This document shows, piece by piece, positions 33,334-43,417 of a stretch of 43,417 nt of DNA. A program made the translations under genes and the position numbers. The notes beneath the pieces were generated by a model. The model saw nothing but the letters and a program-made list of their open reading frames with translations, searched no databases and was not told the origin of the DNA. This DNA comes from a virus (taxonomy: Duplodnaviria > Caudoviricetes): positions 1 through 43,417 of the IMG/VR virus record IMGVR_UViG_3300025078_000005; one strand, given 5' to 3'. Each line of letters begins with the position of its first letter. Within the stretch, counting starts at the first letter, position 1.

Positions 33334-36300
33334 CCCAATCACCACAGATTTTACAGGCGGCCTCATGGGACCGTATATGCGTGGTCGCCTTGACGTTGAT
33401 AAATTCAACAAAGGGCTTCAACGTATAGAGAATTTCATACCGTCGATCCAAGGTCCCGTGAAGTATCGGGAAGGGTTCGAGTGGATCGAGGATTCTGTGG
33501 AGGGAAATGTTAAGCTGATTTCGTTCTCAATTAACAATGAGAATCGATTCCTCCTGCGATTGTCAGAAGGCCTGCTTCATGTATATACTACCGACGGCCT
33601 GTTGCTTTATGTTCGTGAGAATGGCGTCGATGGTGTGGATATTCCATACCTTGACTCTGAGATTCCAGATGTCCGCTATTCACGCGAAGTGGAGAAGATG
33701 GTGTTCACGCACACGAACCACCCGCCGTATGAGCTCTCTGCCAATACGGTCTTTGACTCGGTGGCATTGTACTCTACAGAGACCGACCCTGCTCCTGATA
33801 ATTTTCGCCTGTATTCCACAGAATCCGATGAGAGCAATCTCGCACTGTTCGCGGGCTCTGCTGGTTCTGAGGGGCTGACGCCATGGACTTTCAGCAAGGT
33901 GGACTACACGTCCCACCCTTTCCAGAAGATCGACACCTCCGATGTTGTCATGCGAATTGACCCCTCCGTTGAGGTGGTTCGTCTCACATCTACACTAGAG
34001 GATTTCAATTTTACTGCGCAGGAGATCATCGACATGGAAACGGTTCCGTATTACACGGAATACAAGGTAGCCAACCAATGGGCCCTTGGACGTATCCTGA
34101 CAACCGCAATCAATCCAGACGTTCCAGATCCTTCTGGAACCACCTGCTACGTTGATCCAGTGGATTCTGTAGTAAACGTAGAAGATCCCTCTGTTCGGCT
34201 GTTTGCACTAAAAGGCACAGGTGCCGACAAGTGGCAGAGCAACGATAGGGTTCCTGATGACAAGTGGCATGTCCGTGCGGATGCAGCTATCTTTGAAACA
34301 TCTCACATCGGTGCATGGGTCCGTATTGGTGGGGATAAGCTCTTTACGAACGTGTGCGAACCTACTGTTCGTCCTACCGACTCGGAATTCTCTTCCCAAG
34401 ACGGTCTTACCCGATGGTTCTATCTGAAAGACTACCGTGGTGTGGAAGATCATCCAGTGGACTTTATATACAATACGCTCAAAAGTTCCAACTATGAAGC
34501 AGGAAGCACCTATGAGGTATATGAGTGGAGCACATACACGGAGTTCAGCGTGGATGCTCCCGAGGGAACTCCCCGAGAGCGCTATAAGCTCAAAGAAGGC
34601 GGCAGCTCTCCTCGATTCATCATGGACTACCAGATCACGGAGGGACTTGAAAATGGTGCAGAGATAACAGGAACGGCCACTGGTTCCATCGTAGCCAACA
34701 TGTCTACCCAGAAGCAGTTCGACGTATTTGAAGCGGACGAGACTCAGGTGGTTGTGAAGGACACCAATCTCCGAGCCACAACAGGCACTGTCTCAGTCTA
34801 CGATCTGACTAATGATCGCGACGGGCTCGCCTCTCATACTACTACACTTTATGCCAGTAAAAACGTATTCTCCAACACCCGCGACACGGGTCGTTATTTC
34901 TTTGGTAACTTGGTTGATAAGTGGGTGCTTCTTCGCATCACTTCTACTCAGTCTACTAGCGCCACGTGTGACGTCCTCTCCGACATTCCACGGGACGCCC
35001 TTACGGGTGAGATCAATAACAACGGTGTGTTCACCGAATATCGATGGGGGGCATGGTACGACAATAACTGGCCTGTCGCAGTTTCCTTTTACGAACAGCG
35101 ACGAGTGTATGCAGGGTCCAAGAATGACCCCAATCTGGTATGGCTTAGCAGTACCAAGGACGACAGTGATTTCCGAACAGTGGAGTCTGATGGTACCGTA
35201 TTGGATACCACAGGAATTACTTACCCCCTCGGAACATCCTCTACAATTATTCGGTGGTTGGAATCGGGTCCCACCTTGATTATAGGGACAGAATCGAACG
35301 AGTGGCAGCTGAGACCCAATGAGTTCTCAGCTGCCATTACTCCGAAAAATATCCGAATCACGCAAGAGACCTCTATTGGCTCGACCCAGCAGGGTATGCG
35401 CGTAGGTGCATCAGTGTTCTTCCCGCATATCAGTGGCCGAAGCTTCTCTGAGTTCATCTTTGATTTCCAGTCTCAATCTTTCGATACGAAGACCACTACG
35501 AAACTGGTACCTACTCTTTTCGACAATGATCCTATCATCTCATTCTCGTATCAGGCAAATCCGCATGCTGTGTTCTGGATTGTCACAGAAGCGGGTCGGC
35601 TGATTACACTCACTTACCGCAAGGAGGATGACTACTACGCATGGGCGGAGCATACCACTGACGGTACTTTCGCGGAGGTGGAGGTCGTTCCTAAAGGGGA
35701 CACAGAGACTTCCGAGGATCAGGTATGGGCGGTCATTGACCGTGACGGGCTCCGTACCATGGAGCGTATGCACGCGTCCTTCATCGACACGGGGGAAGAT
35801 AATTATAAGCCGAATGCAGCATTCCTCGATTCATATTCTCGCTACCCTGATACAGGCTATCACGAGACTCCGAGTGTAGTCATACCTGTACCAGATAGAC
35901 TACTTGACGAGGAAGGTTGTGTGAGAACGGTCATCGACGGTCTGGACTACGGGTGCCTCCCTGTCCTAAACAGCCGTGTAACACTGCCAGAAGGCGTGAC
36001 AGTTACCAAGTATTCTCTGGTCGGACTCCCTTATACAGGGGTGCTTCAGGGGAACCCACTCGGCATAGAGACACGCGGCGGTAATGCCTATGGGCAGATC
36101 ACCCGCTACGTGAAGCAGTGGTTCTATCTGTTCCGTAGCCTCGGATTCAAACAAGGCTTCACAGAAGAAGGGGCCCTTGATATTACGAAGCATCTGGATG
36201 ATGCCCCTGACGGAGAATCACCCCCGCTGTTCACTGGCTTCACCAAGGAAAAAACATTGCCTTCATCGCAGTATGCAGTGGACAAGGTTCCAATGCTTAT

Positions 36301-36361
36301 CCAAGATCAGCCTTATCCACTCACAGTCATCTCAGCAGTAACGGAGGTCGAAGTAAAATAG
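33320..36361 (+). CDS. tail tubular protein B (nozzle, T7 gp12-like)
   Basis: FTGG..GP...GR.D, WPVAVSFYEQR, AWAEH.TDG, VGLPY, QDQPYPLTV; start at MASYNP. Confidence 0.9.
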   Translation: MASYNPITTDFTGGLMGPYMRGRLDVDKFNKGLQRIENFIPSIQGPVKYREGFEWIEDSVEGNVKLISFSINNENRFLLRLSEGLLHVYTTDGLLLYVRENGVDGVDIPYLDSEIPDVRYSREVEKMVFTHTNHPPYELSANTVFDSVALYSTETDPAPDNFRLYSTESDESNLALFAGSAGSEGLTPWTFSKVDYTSHPFQKIDTSDVVMRIDPSVEVVRLTSTLEDFNFTAQEIIDMETVPYYTEYKVANQWALGRILTTAINPDVPDPSGTTCYVDPVDSVVNVEDPSVRLFALKGTGADKWQSNDRVPDDKWHVRADAAIFETSHIGAWVRIGGDKLFTNVCEPTVRPTDSEFSSQDGLTRWFYLKDYRGVEDHPVDFIYNTLKSSNYEAGSTYEVYEWSTYTEFSVDAPEGTPRERYKLKEGGSSPRFIMDYQITEGLENGAEITGTATGSIVANMSTQKQFDVFEADETQVVVKDTNLRATTGTVSVYDLTNDRDGLASHTTTLYASKNVFSNTRDTGRYFFGNLVDKWVLLRITSTQSTSATCDVLSDIPRDALTGEINNNGVFTEYRWGAWYDNNWPVAVSFYEQRRVYAGSKNDPNLVWLSSTKDDSDFRTVESDGTVLDTTGITYPLGTSSTIIRWLESGPTLIIGTESNEWQLRPNEFSAAITPKNIRITQETSIGSTQQGMRVGASVFFPHISGRSFSEFIFDFQSQSFDTKTTTKLVPTLFDNDPIISFSYQANPHAVFWIVTEAGRLITLTYRKEDDYYAWAEHTTDGTFAEVEVVPKGDTETSEDQVWAVIDRDGLRTMERMHASFIDTGEDNYKPNAAFLDSYSRYPDTGYHETPSVVIPVPDRLLDEEGCVRTVIDGLDYGCLPVLNSRVTLPEGVTVTKYSLVGLPYTGVLQGNPLGIETRGGNAYGQITRYVKQWFYLFRSLGFKQGFTEEGALDITKHLDDAPDGESPPLFTGFTKEKTLPSSQYAVDKVPMLIQDQPYPLTVISAVTEVEVK

Positions 36362-36362
36362 T

Positions 36363-37007
36363 ATGTCAGACCCAGTAACCACAATGCTCGCAGTATCTGC
36401 GGTATCTAGCCTCGCATCTGGCGCGGTAGGATACCTCGGTGCCCAGAATGCTGCGGCACAGGCGGAGAATCAAGCCACTGCTGCTGAGCAGATGGCTGCC
36501 TACAATGCGCAGATCGCCCAGAACAATGCGGTAGCTGAAGCAGGGGACCAATCGTTCCAAGCTTCTGTGGCTCAGTTCAATGCAGCGGACTCTGCTCAGA
36601 CCCGCTCCAAGGCACTACGGGACCAGCGCACACAGACGGCGCAGCGCATGGCGAAGGCTGAGGCCAAGGGCGCTCGCACAGGGACCTTCGATTACAGCTT
36701 TGACGATGTCCTTCGCTCGGATGCCCTTCTTCTGGAACGTCAGGAAGTGGAAATACTTTCAGGCGGTGCCCAAGAACGCTATCAATTCTCCAAAGAAGGT
36801 GAACTCGCAGAGATGCGCTCCAAGCGAGCACTTGAAACAGGGCGCACGCAAACAGGTCTCATTCTCGCGGAAGGACGTAATCGCGCCTCCGCATACAGAG
36901 GGCAGGCTTCCTCCGCACGCATCGGCGGTTATGCCTCGTTCCTCGGTGGCGTGGCTCAGGGCGCCTCTACAGGCTCACAGGCATGGGATGCGTGGAAAAA
37001 TAGATAA
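36363..37007 (+). CDS. internal virion (ejection) protein, gp14-like
   Basis: Ala/Gln-rich with hydrophobic Gly/Ala termini; synteny. Confidence 0.75.
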   Translation: MSDPVTTMLAVSAVSSLASGAVGYLGAQNAAAQAENQATAAEQMAAYNAQIAQNNAVAEAGDQSFQASVAQFNAADSAQTRSKALRDQRTQTAQRMAKAEAKGARTGTFDYSFDDVLRSDALLLERQEVEILSGGAQERYQFSKEGELAEMRSKRALETGRTQTGLILAEGRNRASAYRGQASSARIGGYASFLGGVAQGASTGSQAWDAWKNR

Positions 37008-37009
37008 CA

Positions 37010-39736
37010 ATGGCTATACGACTCGGACACTCTACTCAAAAAGACACGCAAGCTTCCGCTGCTTCCTTCGGCCTCGGCCTAGACCACGGCGACGGTGGCG
37101 CACGCGCTATACAAGGAGCACTGGGTCAGGTTGCTCACGGAACCAAGGAGATTGCGGGGAACCTTGAGCGAAAGGATCGTGCTACGCAGGAGGGAAACAG
37201 GAAGCGTAAGGGTGCGAAAATGGAAGCCACTTGGAACGAGATGATCCGTGAGGGCGATCTTCTCGTAAAGCAGAAGGAATTTGGTAAGCTGGCAAAGCAC
37301 AAGGAGATGATGAAGGCATGGTCTGAGAATGCCCATGTCAACGATGTCCAATTCAATACGGACGGGGATACTTCCGTTCGTGACGAATACGCCAATCCTA
37401 TCAACGAACATTTCAAGACGGACTATGATCGCGTAGCCCATGACTATGACATGGCCAGCCTCACTGGAGCCATGGTCCATGAAGCAGAGGTCATAATGGA
37501 GCGGTCTGGGACTATACTTGAAAGGGATGTCGCGGCCAATTCAGTGTCGTCTAAGACAGGAGAAGGGATTACTGATCACTTGGGGATCTACTTTCATAGC
37601 GGCGCTTTCGCGGAATCAAATCCACAGGCGCAAGAAATTTACGTAGCCAAGGGCACTGAGCAGATGGGTGCCTATGTGGATGCTATGCGCTTCGCACAGG
37701 AACGTAACCCGAACATTGCAGATGCGCAGCAGCAGCTCAAGGATGCCTCCGAGCAGGTGCGTGAAGCCAAGTGGATGGGCGTGGACGCACAGAATGCCAT
37801 GCTTGACCGTCTCGGTATCCAGTTTAAGGCCATCGAGAGTGGTCAGTCGGTTTATCGAACATTGAACGACTTCGGTCAGGCAGGTGGCGAGGCCGCTTCC
37901 TCTGGATATGCAGACAGAAACATGGACACTATTACGCAGCAATATCTCGCTGCGAAGAAGGTAGTTAAGCCTCTCTCAGACGAAGATAAGAACCTTGATT
38001 CTTCCTACTTAGCTTATGGTATTCAGGCAGCCATGAACGGCTCAGAGCAACGTCAGTGGATGGTTGATAATCCTACAGGTAAGATCTCCGATCTTCCTGG
38101 GATCGACAAGAGCGTCCTCAACAAGGTCGATAGGGGTGACATGAACAACGTCCTAGCGACACGTAATACTATTGTGAAGGCATATAAGGATGCCCGCGAT
38201 AGGGGAGGGGCCATTGCCGCAGAAAGGACACTCTATCCGCATGCTGCAGGAGTGTTTCATTCAGCAGATGCCACCAGACGGGCCATGACGGACAAGCTTG
38301 CCGCAGGAGGTTCATTAGACGAGTCAGACAAGGCTACTCTTCGCCGCGAGGCGAGAACGGAAGCTCAGATCATGGGCCAGCTTGATCCTGCCCTTGGACC
38401 AGGAAGCTTGGTGCTGGGAGGGGATGCTATTATTGGTGCCGACATCGGGCTCCAGCTTGTGAAAGATAATCCTGAGAATGCAGGCGCTGCTGTGGATGTC
38501 CTAGTGGCTTCCAATGATGGCCTCGCCAGCGTGCCTTTATGGTCGGCGATTAATGGCGACACCACCGATCCAGACATGAAGGTATTTAAGTCGGTGGCAC
38601 AGGCAAGGACAAGTATCGCGGAGGACGATTTCATGACGTCCGTAATCGCAGCCGCCGCAGGTCCTTCTGCTCGATCTTTGCTAGGGAAAGGATCTGATGC
38701 GGAGAAGATGTATGATGCCGTGTATGCCAAACTGACCAAGAAAAACGACTCCTTTAGCGTGATCACTGGTGCACATCAGGCATACGCTAGAGACTATGGT
38801 TCCCCTGACGAGGCCATAACATGGGCAACTTACGAGCAGCATGCTATTGCGAAGCTGGTCAGTGAACATGGTTCAGGGCAATCTCCTGACTGGTATATTA
38901 ATGAGGCAAAGAAGCATATTAACGGTATGGCTCGCGTATATGAAGGCAGCGATGGACGACGTGTCATGCTCTTCAGGAACGCAGTAGACTCCCTTGGAGA
39001 ACAGGGTGTCCAGATACATGCAAGTAGGGTGTCTGCATACATGTCTGAGCTAGGTGATCGAAGCGGATCAGAGATGCTTCTGTATGGTTTTGATACATCT
39101 ACTCCCAGTGAGGAAGGAGGCACTGCACCGAGCGATATGCATATCACCCAAGAAGAAGCCACTGATATGATGTATCACTGGGCTGGTGAATATGTTAAAG
39201 AGCACTACAACAATATCGTGGAGCAGTGGGCGGCTGGCCTAAAGAAAGGGGGCTACGCAGAAAGTGAGGCTGCTCAAGAGCAGATCCGTAAAGATTATCC
39301 TCCTGAGCTTCTTCTTCGTGAGTTTAAACTAAGCACAGAGATGATCTCACCTACTACCAAGGAAAGGGAGATGGCCTTCCTGATGCCTCAGATCAATCTT
39401 GGAGGCGTATCTTCAGGGTATCAGACAGTGAAGATGGATAGCTCCCGTGGTGCAAAGGGGCAGATGCCTAGTCGTGGAGTGTTCGCCCCTGTGGATGAGA
39501 TGCTCAAGAAGATTCAGGACCCTGCTATGCATAAACTATACCGTGAACAACGTGATGAGATTGAGAGCCGCTTGTGGAAATATCAGGTTGAGCGTCCTGC
39601 GAAGGATGCTGCACGCGCAGTTAAAGCTAAGACAGCCTCTGCTGCACGTTTCACTAGGAAGCATGGCAACATACAAGGCATTATGGGTGCTCTCGACAGA
39701 GTGGAAGACTCCGTCAAAGAAAAACTTGGATTTTAA
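37010..39736 (+). CDS. internal virion protein, gp15-like
   Basis: 908-aa helical protein; synteny. Confidence 0.7.
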   Translation: MAIRLGHSTQKDTQASAASFGLGLDHGDGGARAIQGALGQVAHGTKEIAGNLERKDRATQEGNRKRKGAKMEATWNEMIREGDLLVKQKEFGKLAKHKEMMKAWSENAHVNDVQFNTDGDTSVRDEYANPINEHFKTDYDRVAHDYDMASLTGAMVHEAEVIMERSGTILERDVAANSVSSKTGEGITDHLGIYFHSGAFAESNPQAQEIYVAKGTEQMGAYVDAMRFAQERNPNIADAQQQLKDASEQVREAKWMGVDAQNAMLDRLGIQFKAIESGQSVYRTLNDFGQAGGEAASSGYADRNMDTITQQYLAAKKVVKPLSDEDKNLDSSYLAYGIQAAMNGSEQRQWMVDNPTGKISDLPGIDKSVLNKVDRGDMNNVLATRNTIVKAYKDARDRGGAIAAERTLYPHAAGVFHSADATRRAMTDKLAAGGSLDESDKATLRREARTEAQIMGQLDPALGPGSLVLGGDAIIGADIGLQLVKDNPENAGAAVDVLVASNDGLASVPLWSAINGDTTDPDMKVFKSVAQARTSIAEDDFMTSVIAAAAGPSARSLLGKGSDAEKMYDAVYAKLTKKNDSFSVITGAHQAYARDYGSPDEAITWATYEQHAIAKLVSEHGSGQSPDWYINEAKKHINGMARVYEGSDGRRVMLFRNAVDSLGEQGVQIHASRVSAYMSELGDRSGSEMLLYGFDTSTPSEEGGTAPSDMHITQEEATDMMYHWAGEYVKEHYNNIVEQWAAGLKKGGYAESEAAQEQIRKDYPPELLLREFKLSTEMISPTTKEREMAFLMPQINLGGVSSGYQTVKMDSSRGAKGQMPSRGVFAPVDEMLKKIQDPAMHKLYREQRDEIESRLWKYQVERPAKDAARAVKAKTASAARFTRKHGNIQGIMGALDRVEDSVKEKLGF

Positions 39737-39739
39737 TAT

Positions 39740-42700
39740 ATGGGATTCGTCGGAACAACAGAAGCGCGGCTTGAGAGAGAGTCGAAATGGAACACTCCAG
39801 CCACTCCGAAGTTTGGATTCATCCAATCTTCGCTGGCAATTATGGAACGTGGAGCAACCACGGACTCTGTCCTTGGTGCAGGGGCTTCCTTATCTCAGGA
39901 GATTGGTCTTCGTGTAGAAGCAGGTGTCAACAAGGAGGAGGGTCTCACAGAGGAGCAGTTCTACGGACGCTACGGTGAGAACACCTCCATGAAGTTCCAA
40001 GAAGACACTCCTAGACGCGTATGGGACTACCGCCGTGACCGCGCCACTGAGCTCTTTTCTAAGGAGATTCGCGCAGCAGAGGCTGGAGGTGTCCGACAAT
40101 TTATTGGTGGCTCCATCGGCAGCATGGCTGCCGACGCTCCCTTGATGTTCGTTCCGTTCGTTCCTGTGCTCGGAAGGGCTAAGGCAGCAGGTCGTGCAGT
40201 TAAGGCGGGGAACACGTTGAACGCTGCCAAGTTTGGGCAAGGACTTAAATCCGAGATATGGACAGCTACGAAACAGGTGGCCACTGCGGGTGCCCGTCAA
40301 GAGACATTGGAGAACGCCTTCATCTACACGGCGGCACAGTATCGCAACAGTGACGAGTATGGCCTATTGGACCTTGCTGCGGACACAGCTCTCCAGTTCC
40401 CTATCCGCACAGCCTTTGGCTCAAACTATATTCGCAAGACAGCGAAACATCTGAAGATGAACCGTGACCTGCTACAGGCACGGGCATCGATCCAGTCGGC
40501 TTATGCCAATGGTGACGTGGGCCATGTTACACAGGTTCTGGCGAAGTATGATAAGGAACTGGACCTTGTGGTTAAGTCCGATGAGGAGATCAATGAGATC
40601 GTGTCTCGTGGTGCCAATATCACTCCTGAAGAAGGCAAGCGTGTTACACAGTTCCTGATCGATAACCAAGAGAAGGTATGGCTCAAGCGCATGTCTCAGG
40701 TGGTTCCTTTTGATGCACGCCTCGCTACAGAGCCAATGAAGCAGAAGCACCAGTCCGAGGTTATGGAAGCGGTGAACAAGGTCATGGAAGGCCGCCGTGA
40801 TGAGCTTTCCAGTGAAGAGCTCAAGTGGGTCACTGAAGCAGATGCCGACGTCCAGAAGGCACTCCAAGATCTGATCATCCGTTTCGACAAGGACATCAAG
40901 CCGATTGGTCCCGATGGTAAGCCTGTTGTTGATACTGCAGGGGAAGCTGATCCTTCAAGATATCCTGACCGTGAAGAAGCGTCCGAAGCGTCCGATGCAG
41001 AGATGTGGGCAAGAACACTTACTGACGGGGATAATGTGTTTTTCGATGGGAAGGACAAGTCTGCCACAAATCTATTGGCTTTCCTTGATAAATATCCCGA
41101 ACGCATCCCTGCGGACAAAAGGGAGGCTGTTCGTAGTTTTCTTCAAAAACAAGCCGCATATGATTCTCGTATCGAAAAAGGATTTGATGCAGAATGGGCC
41201 AAGGAACTAGACGACAATTTTGAGTCGAAGAAATATAAGGGCTATGCAGATTCTGCGGCGAACGTATATGCGCTTAACCGCATGGAGGAGCTGTATCCTG
41301 ATGAGATGGAGGCGCTTAATCTTGGTGGTAAGTCTGCTCCAGTGGAACCACAGGCACGGGGAAGAAAGAAGCGTCCTCGTAGAGAGATTTCAATGACTCG
41401 TCGCCGTATGGCAGAGAAACGTGTGTCCCTTGAAGAGGAAGCGTCCTCTCTTCGCAGCCATATCAAGACACTTTCAGGAAGTAAGAAGAAATCCAAGCAA
41501 GGGACACTAGCCTACCTTGAAAAGCAGATCAAAGCCCTTGATGAGTTCAAGAGCCGTGTCCCTGATCGTAAGAAGGTTCCCCGTAAGCAAGGTGAAGCGA
41601 AGGTTAATCCAGAGGTCAAAGAAGCAGAGGATCTCCTTGGGCTTACCGAAGAACTTCTGTCCCTTGCGAAAGAGGCGAGAAAAGATTCCCGTAAAGTTTA
41701 TGCAGGTATACGGACGCTTCGTGAGAAGGTCCGGAAAGCGGAGAAGAAAGCTGCTGAGGACGCTCAAGACCTGTCAGCATCTTCTAGTAAATTATCAGAA
41801 TCCGAAGAGATCGCTGTTGCAGTAGACAGGCAAGCAAAACGTCGTGTGGCTGCCTCCCGTAAACGGGTTGGTGACAGGACACTGGAACTTGAGAAACTTT
41901 ACGAGAAATCAGAAGCTGACAGGACACTGGCGGAGAAGAAGCGTATTAAGGAGCTTGAAAAGGCTCTTGATCAAATGGAGCTTACTCTCAAACATAATGA
42001 GGAGTCTTACGCACGGACACAGAAGGCACTTCCTAAGGCAACACGCGCCACGGAGCGCTCAAGAAAGAAGAAAGCTGACGACACTGAGCTCAAAGCACTT
42101 CAGCAGGAGCTCCGTGATCTTGAAAGCGATCCTGCGGTCAAGGACGCTGAGAAGATACAGAAGGAGGTCGATAAGTATGAGAGCGACGTTGTCACGTATC
42201 GCCAGTATCTTGACGATGCCAAGAAAGGCGAGATTGCTCCAGAACCTGAAGCACCCGTCCTTGATCCCGTATTTACTGGAACAAGGCCCACTGAACCACG
42301 CGCCCCATATCGCCCAGCGCCCACACAAGAGAAGATCGCACAGACTATCAATGATGCGGAGCGCTCGGTGGACCCTAAGAAGGTGGCAGCAGAGAAACGT
42401 GATCCACAGGTCAAGGAGGCCACTGATACACAGTCCCGTGGAGCAGCGGAACAGAAGAACTTTGATACCAACCCTGTAGCAGCACTGAAACAGCGGATTG
42501 ATGCTATCCTCGACCCTATCGTTGCTCGGCTGCTTCATGAGCCGTTGGCAGGGGATGCCACAATGCCTGGAGCTGCCAAGGCACGCACACCACAGGAGCT
42601 TGTTCTGGTGGATACGCTGCGTAAGATTAAGGCGGACATTGCAGTCGCGCTCCGCAAAGACCCTTCCAAGAAGAAGAGCGCAAAGGCACAGGAGATCCAC

Positions 42701-43417
42701 CTTGATCGACTTGAAGAGTTTATCACGAAGCCAGTGTCTGTTGCTCGCGCACAGAAGCACCTAGACCGCCTGAACGAACTGACAAATAAGCCAAATGCGG
42801 ATAAGTTCGGTCAAGAGGCTGATGCAAAATATGGTAGCGAGAATACAACACGCCTCATGATGATTGAGCGTGACATGTATGACGCCTACGTGAAGTCTGG
42901 AGGAGACACGGGAGCAGTGATCAACTCGCTCGCTCAAACCTACGCTAAAGGAATGGAACCTGTTAAGGTTACCCCAAAGGCAAAGGGAGATACTAAGCCC
43001 AAGGTTGAGGCAGAGGACCCTGTCTCAGACCGCATGACACGGAAAATGGAGCTCCTGAAATACCTTGAGGAAAAAGGATTCAAGAAGGACGATCCGATCT
43101 ATAAGGAATATTCTGAGTTGTTCGACGAGATATTCAATTTCTATGAATACATGGGCTTCCAGCGTCAGCAGACGACCCGTGCCCTCAAGGACCTTCGTAA
43201 AGGCAAGCCAATCAAAACCAAGCTCTCTGACAGCATGTTCATGCGCCTGTCTCAGATGGTCGCTGATGGAGAGTCTGATCTCTCTATCCTGTCGAAGATG
43301 GATGAGCTTATGCACGAAGAGCAATTGGCCTTCGCTATGAGATCGCTCCACGACTTCAATGTCCGTCAGCGTCATGAAGGCATGCGCGGTAAGGAACCTT
43401 CTACAGTGCTCAAGTAT
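39740..43417 (+). CDS. very large internal virion protein, gp16-like (partial, runs off the window)
   Basis: ATG at 39740 (MGFVGTTEARLERE...); frame open wherever spot-checked, including the last line (1226 codons if uninterrupted); absent from the ORF track because there is no stop. Confidence 0.85.
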   Translation, partial: MGFVGTTEARLERESKWNTPATPKFGFIQSSLAIMERGATTDSVLGAGASLSQEIGLRVEAGVNKEEGLTEEQFYGRYGENTSMKFQEDTPRRVWDYRRDRATELFSKEIRAAEAGGVRQFIGGSIGSMAADAPLMFVPFVPVLGRAKAAGRAVKAGNTLNAAKFGQGLKSEIWTATKQVATAGARQETLENAFIYTAAQYRNSDEYGLLDLAADTALQFPIRTAFGSNYIRKTAKHLKMNRDLLQARASIQSAYANGDVGHVTQVLAKYDKELDLVVKSDEEINEIVSRGANITPEEGKRVTQFLIDNQEKVWLKRMSQVVPFDARLATEPMKQKHQSEVMEAVNKVMEGRRDELSSEELKWVTEADADVQKALQDLIIRFDKDIKPIGPDGKPVVDTAGEADPSRYPDREEASEASDAEMWARTLTDGDNVFFDGKDKSATNLLAFLDKYPERIPADKREAVRSFLQKQAAYDSRIEKGFDAEWAKELDDNFESKKYKGYADSAANVYALNRMEELYPDEMEALNLGGKSAPVEPQARGRKKRPRREISMTRRRMAEKRVSLEEEASSLRSHIKTLSGSKKKSKQGTLAYLEKQIKALDEFKSRVPDRKKVPRKQGEAKVNPEVKEAEDLLGLTEELLSLAKEARKDSRKVYAGIRTLREKVRKAEKKAAEDAQDLSASSSKLSESEEIAVAVDRQAKRRVAASRKRVGDRTLELEKLYEKSEADRTLAEKKRIKELEKALDQMELTLKHNEESYARTQKALPKATRATERSRKKKADDTELKALQQELRDLESDPAVKDAEKIQKEVDKYESDVVTYRQYLDDAKKGEIAPEPEAPVLDPVFTGTRPTEPRAPYRPAPTQEKIAQTINDAERSVDPKKVAAEKRDPQVKEATDTQSRGAAEQKNFDTNPVAALKQRIDAILDPIVARLLHEPLAGDATMPGAAKARTPQELVLVDTLRKIKADIAVALRKDPSKKKSAKAQEIHLDRLEEFITKPVSVARAQKHLDRLNELTNKPNADKFGQEADAKYGSENTTRLMMIERDMYDAYVKSGGDTGAVINSLAQTYAKGMEPVKVTPKAKGDTKPKVEAEDPVSDRMTRKMELLKYLEEKGFKKDDPIYKEYSELFDEIFNFYEYMGFQRQQTTRALKDLRKGKPIKTKLSDSMFMRLSQMVADGESDLSILSKMDELMHEEQLAFAMRSLHDFNVRQRHEGMRGKEPSTVLKY

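Noticed and set aside
39787-43375. Many short ORFs listed in the track
   Set aside because: They are alternate-frame or antisense shadows of one long + strand CDS starting at 39740

Overview
This window is most of the genome of a tailed dsDNA phage with podovirus-like virion genes. No RNA polymerase, integrase or endolysin is visible, and both window ends fall inside the late module. The minus strand (about 24.2 kb to 2.6 kb) carries many small early genes, a ubiquitin-like conjugation cassette (Ubl, E2-like, unknown, E1/ThiF, small protein, JAB peptidase), a PD-(D/E)xK nuclease, family A DNA polymerase, a putative SSB, an AEP primase, a UvrD-like helicase and an SNF2 helicase. The plus strand (25.1 kb to the end, plus 1 to 2.6 kb) carries terminase, portal, scaffold, major capsid, tail tubular A/B, internal virion proteins, a holin-like gene, an alpha/beta hydrolase and two paralogous fibre-like proteins. 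Main points of interest: (1) the phage Ubl-E2-E1-JAB system, whose Ubl ends in Ala rather than Gly; (2) a ~245-bp palindromic, iteron-rich element present twice, 24 kb apart; (3) an apparent integron gene cassette with a 57-bp attC in inverted orientation and no integrase; (4) a duplicated polA 3' end that differs only at synonymous sites; (5) a perfect parS palindrome. Family assignments come from motif recognition by eye; no searches were run.
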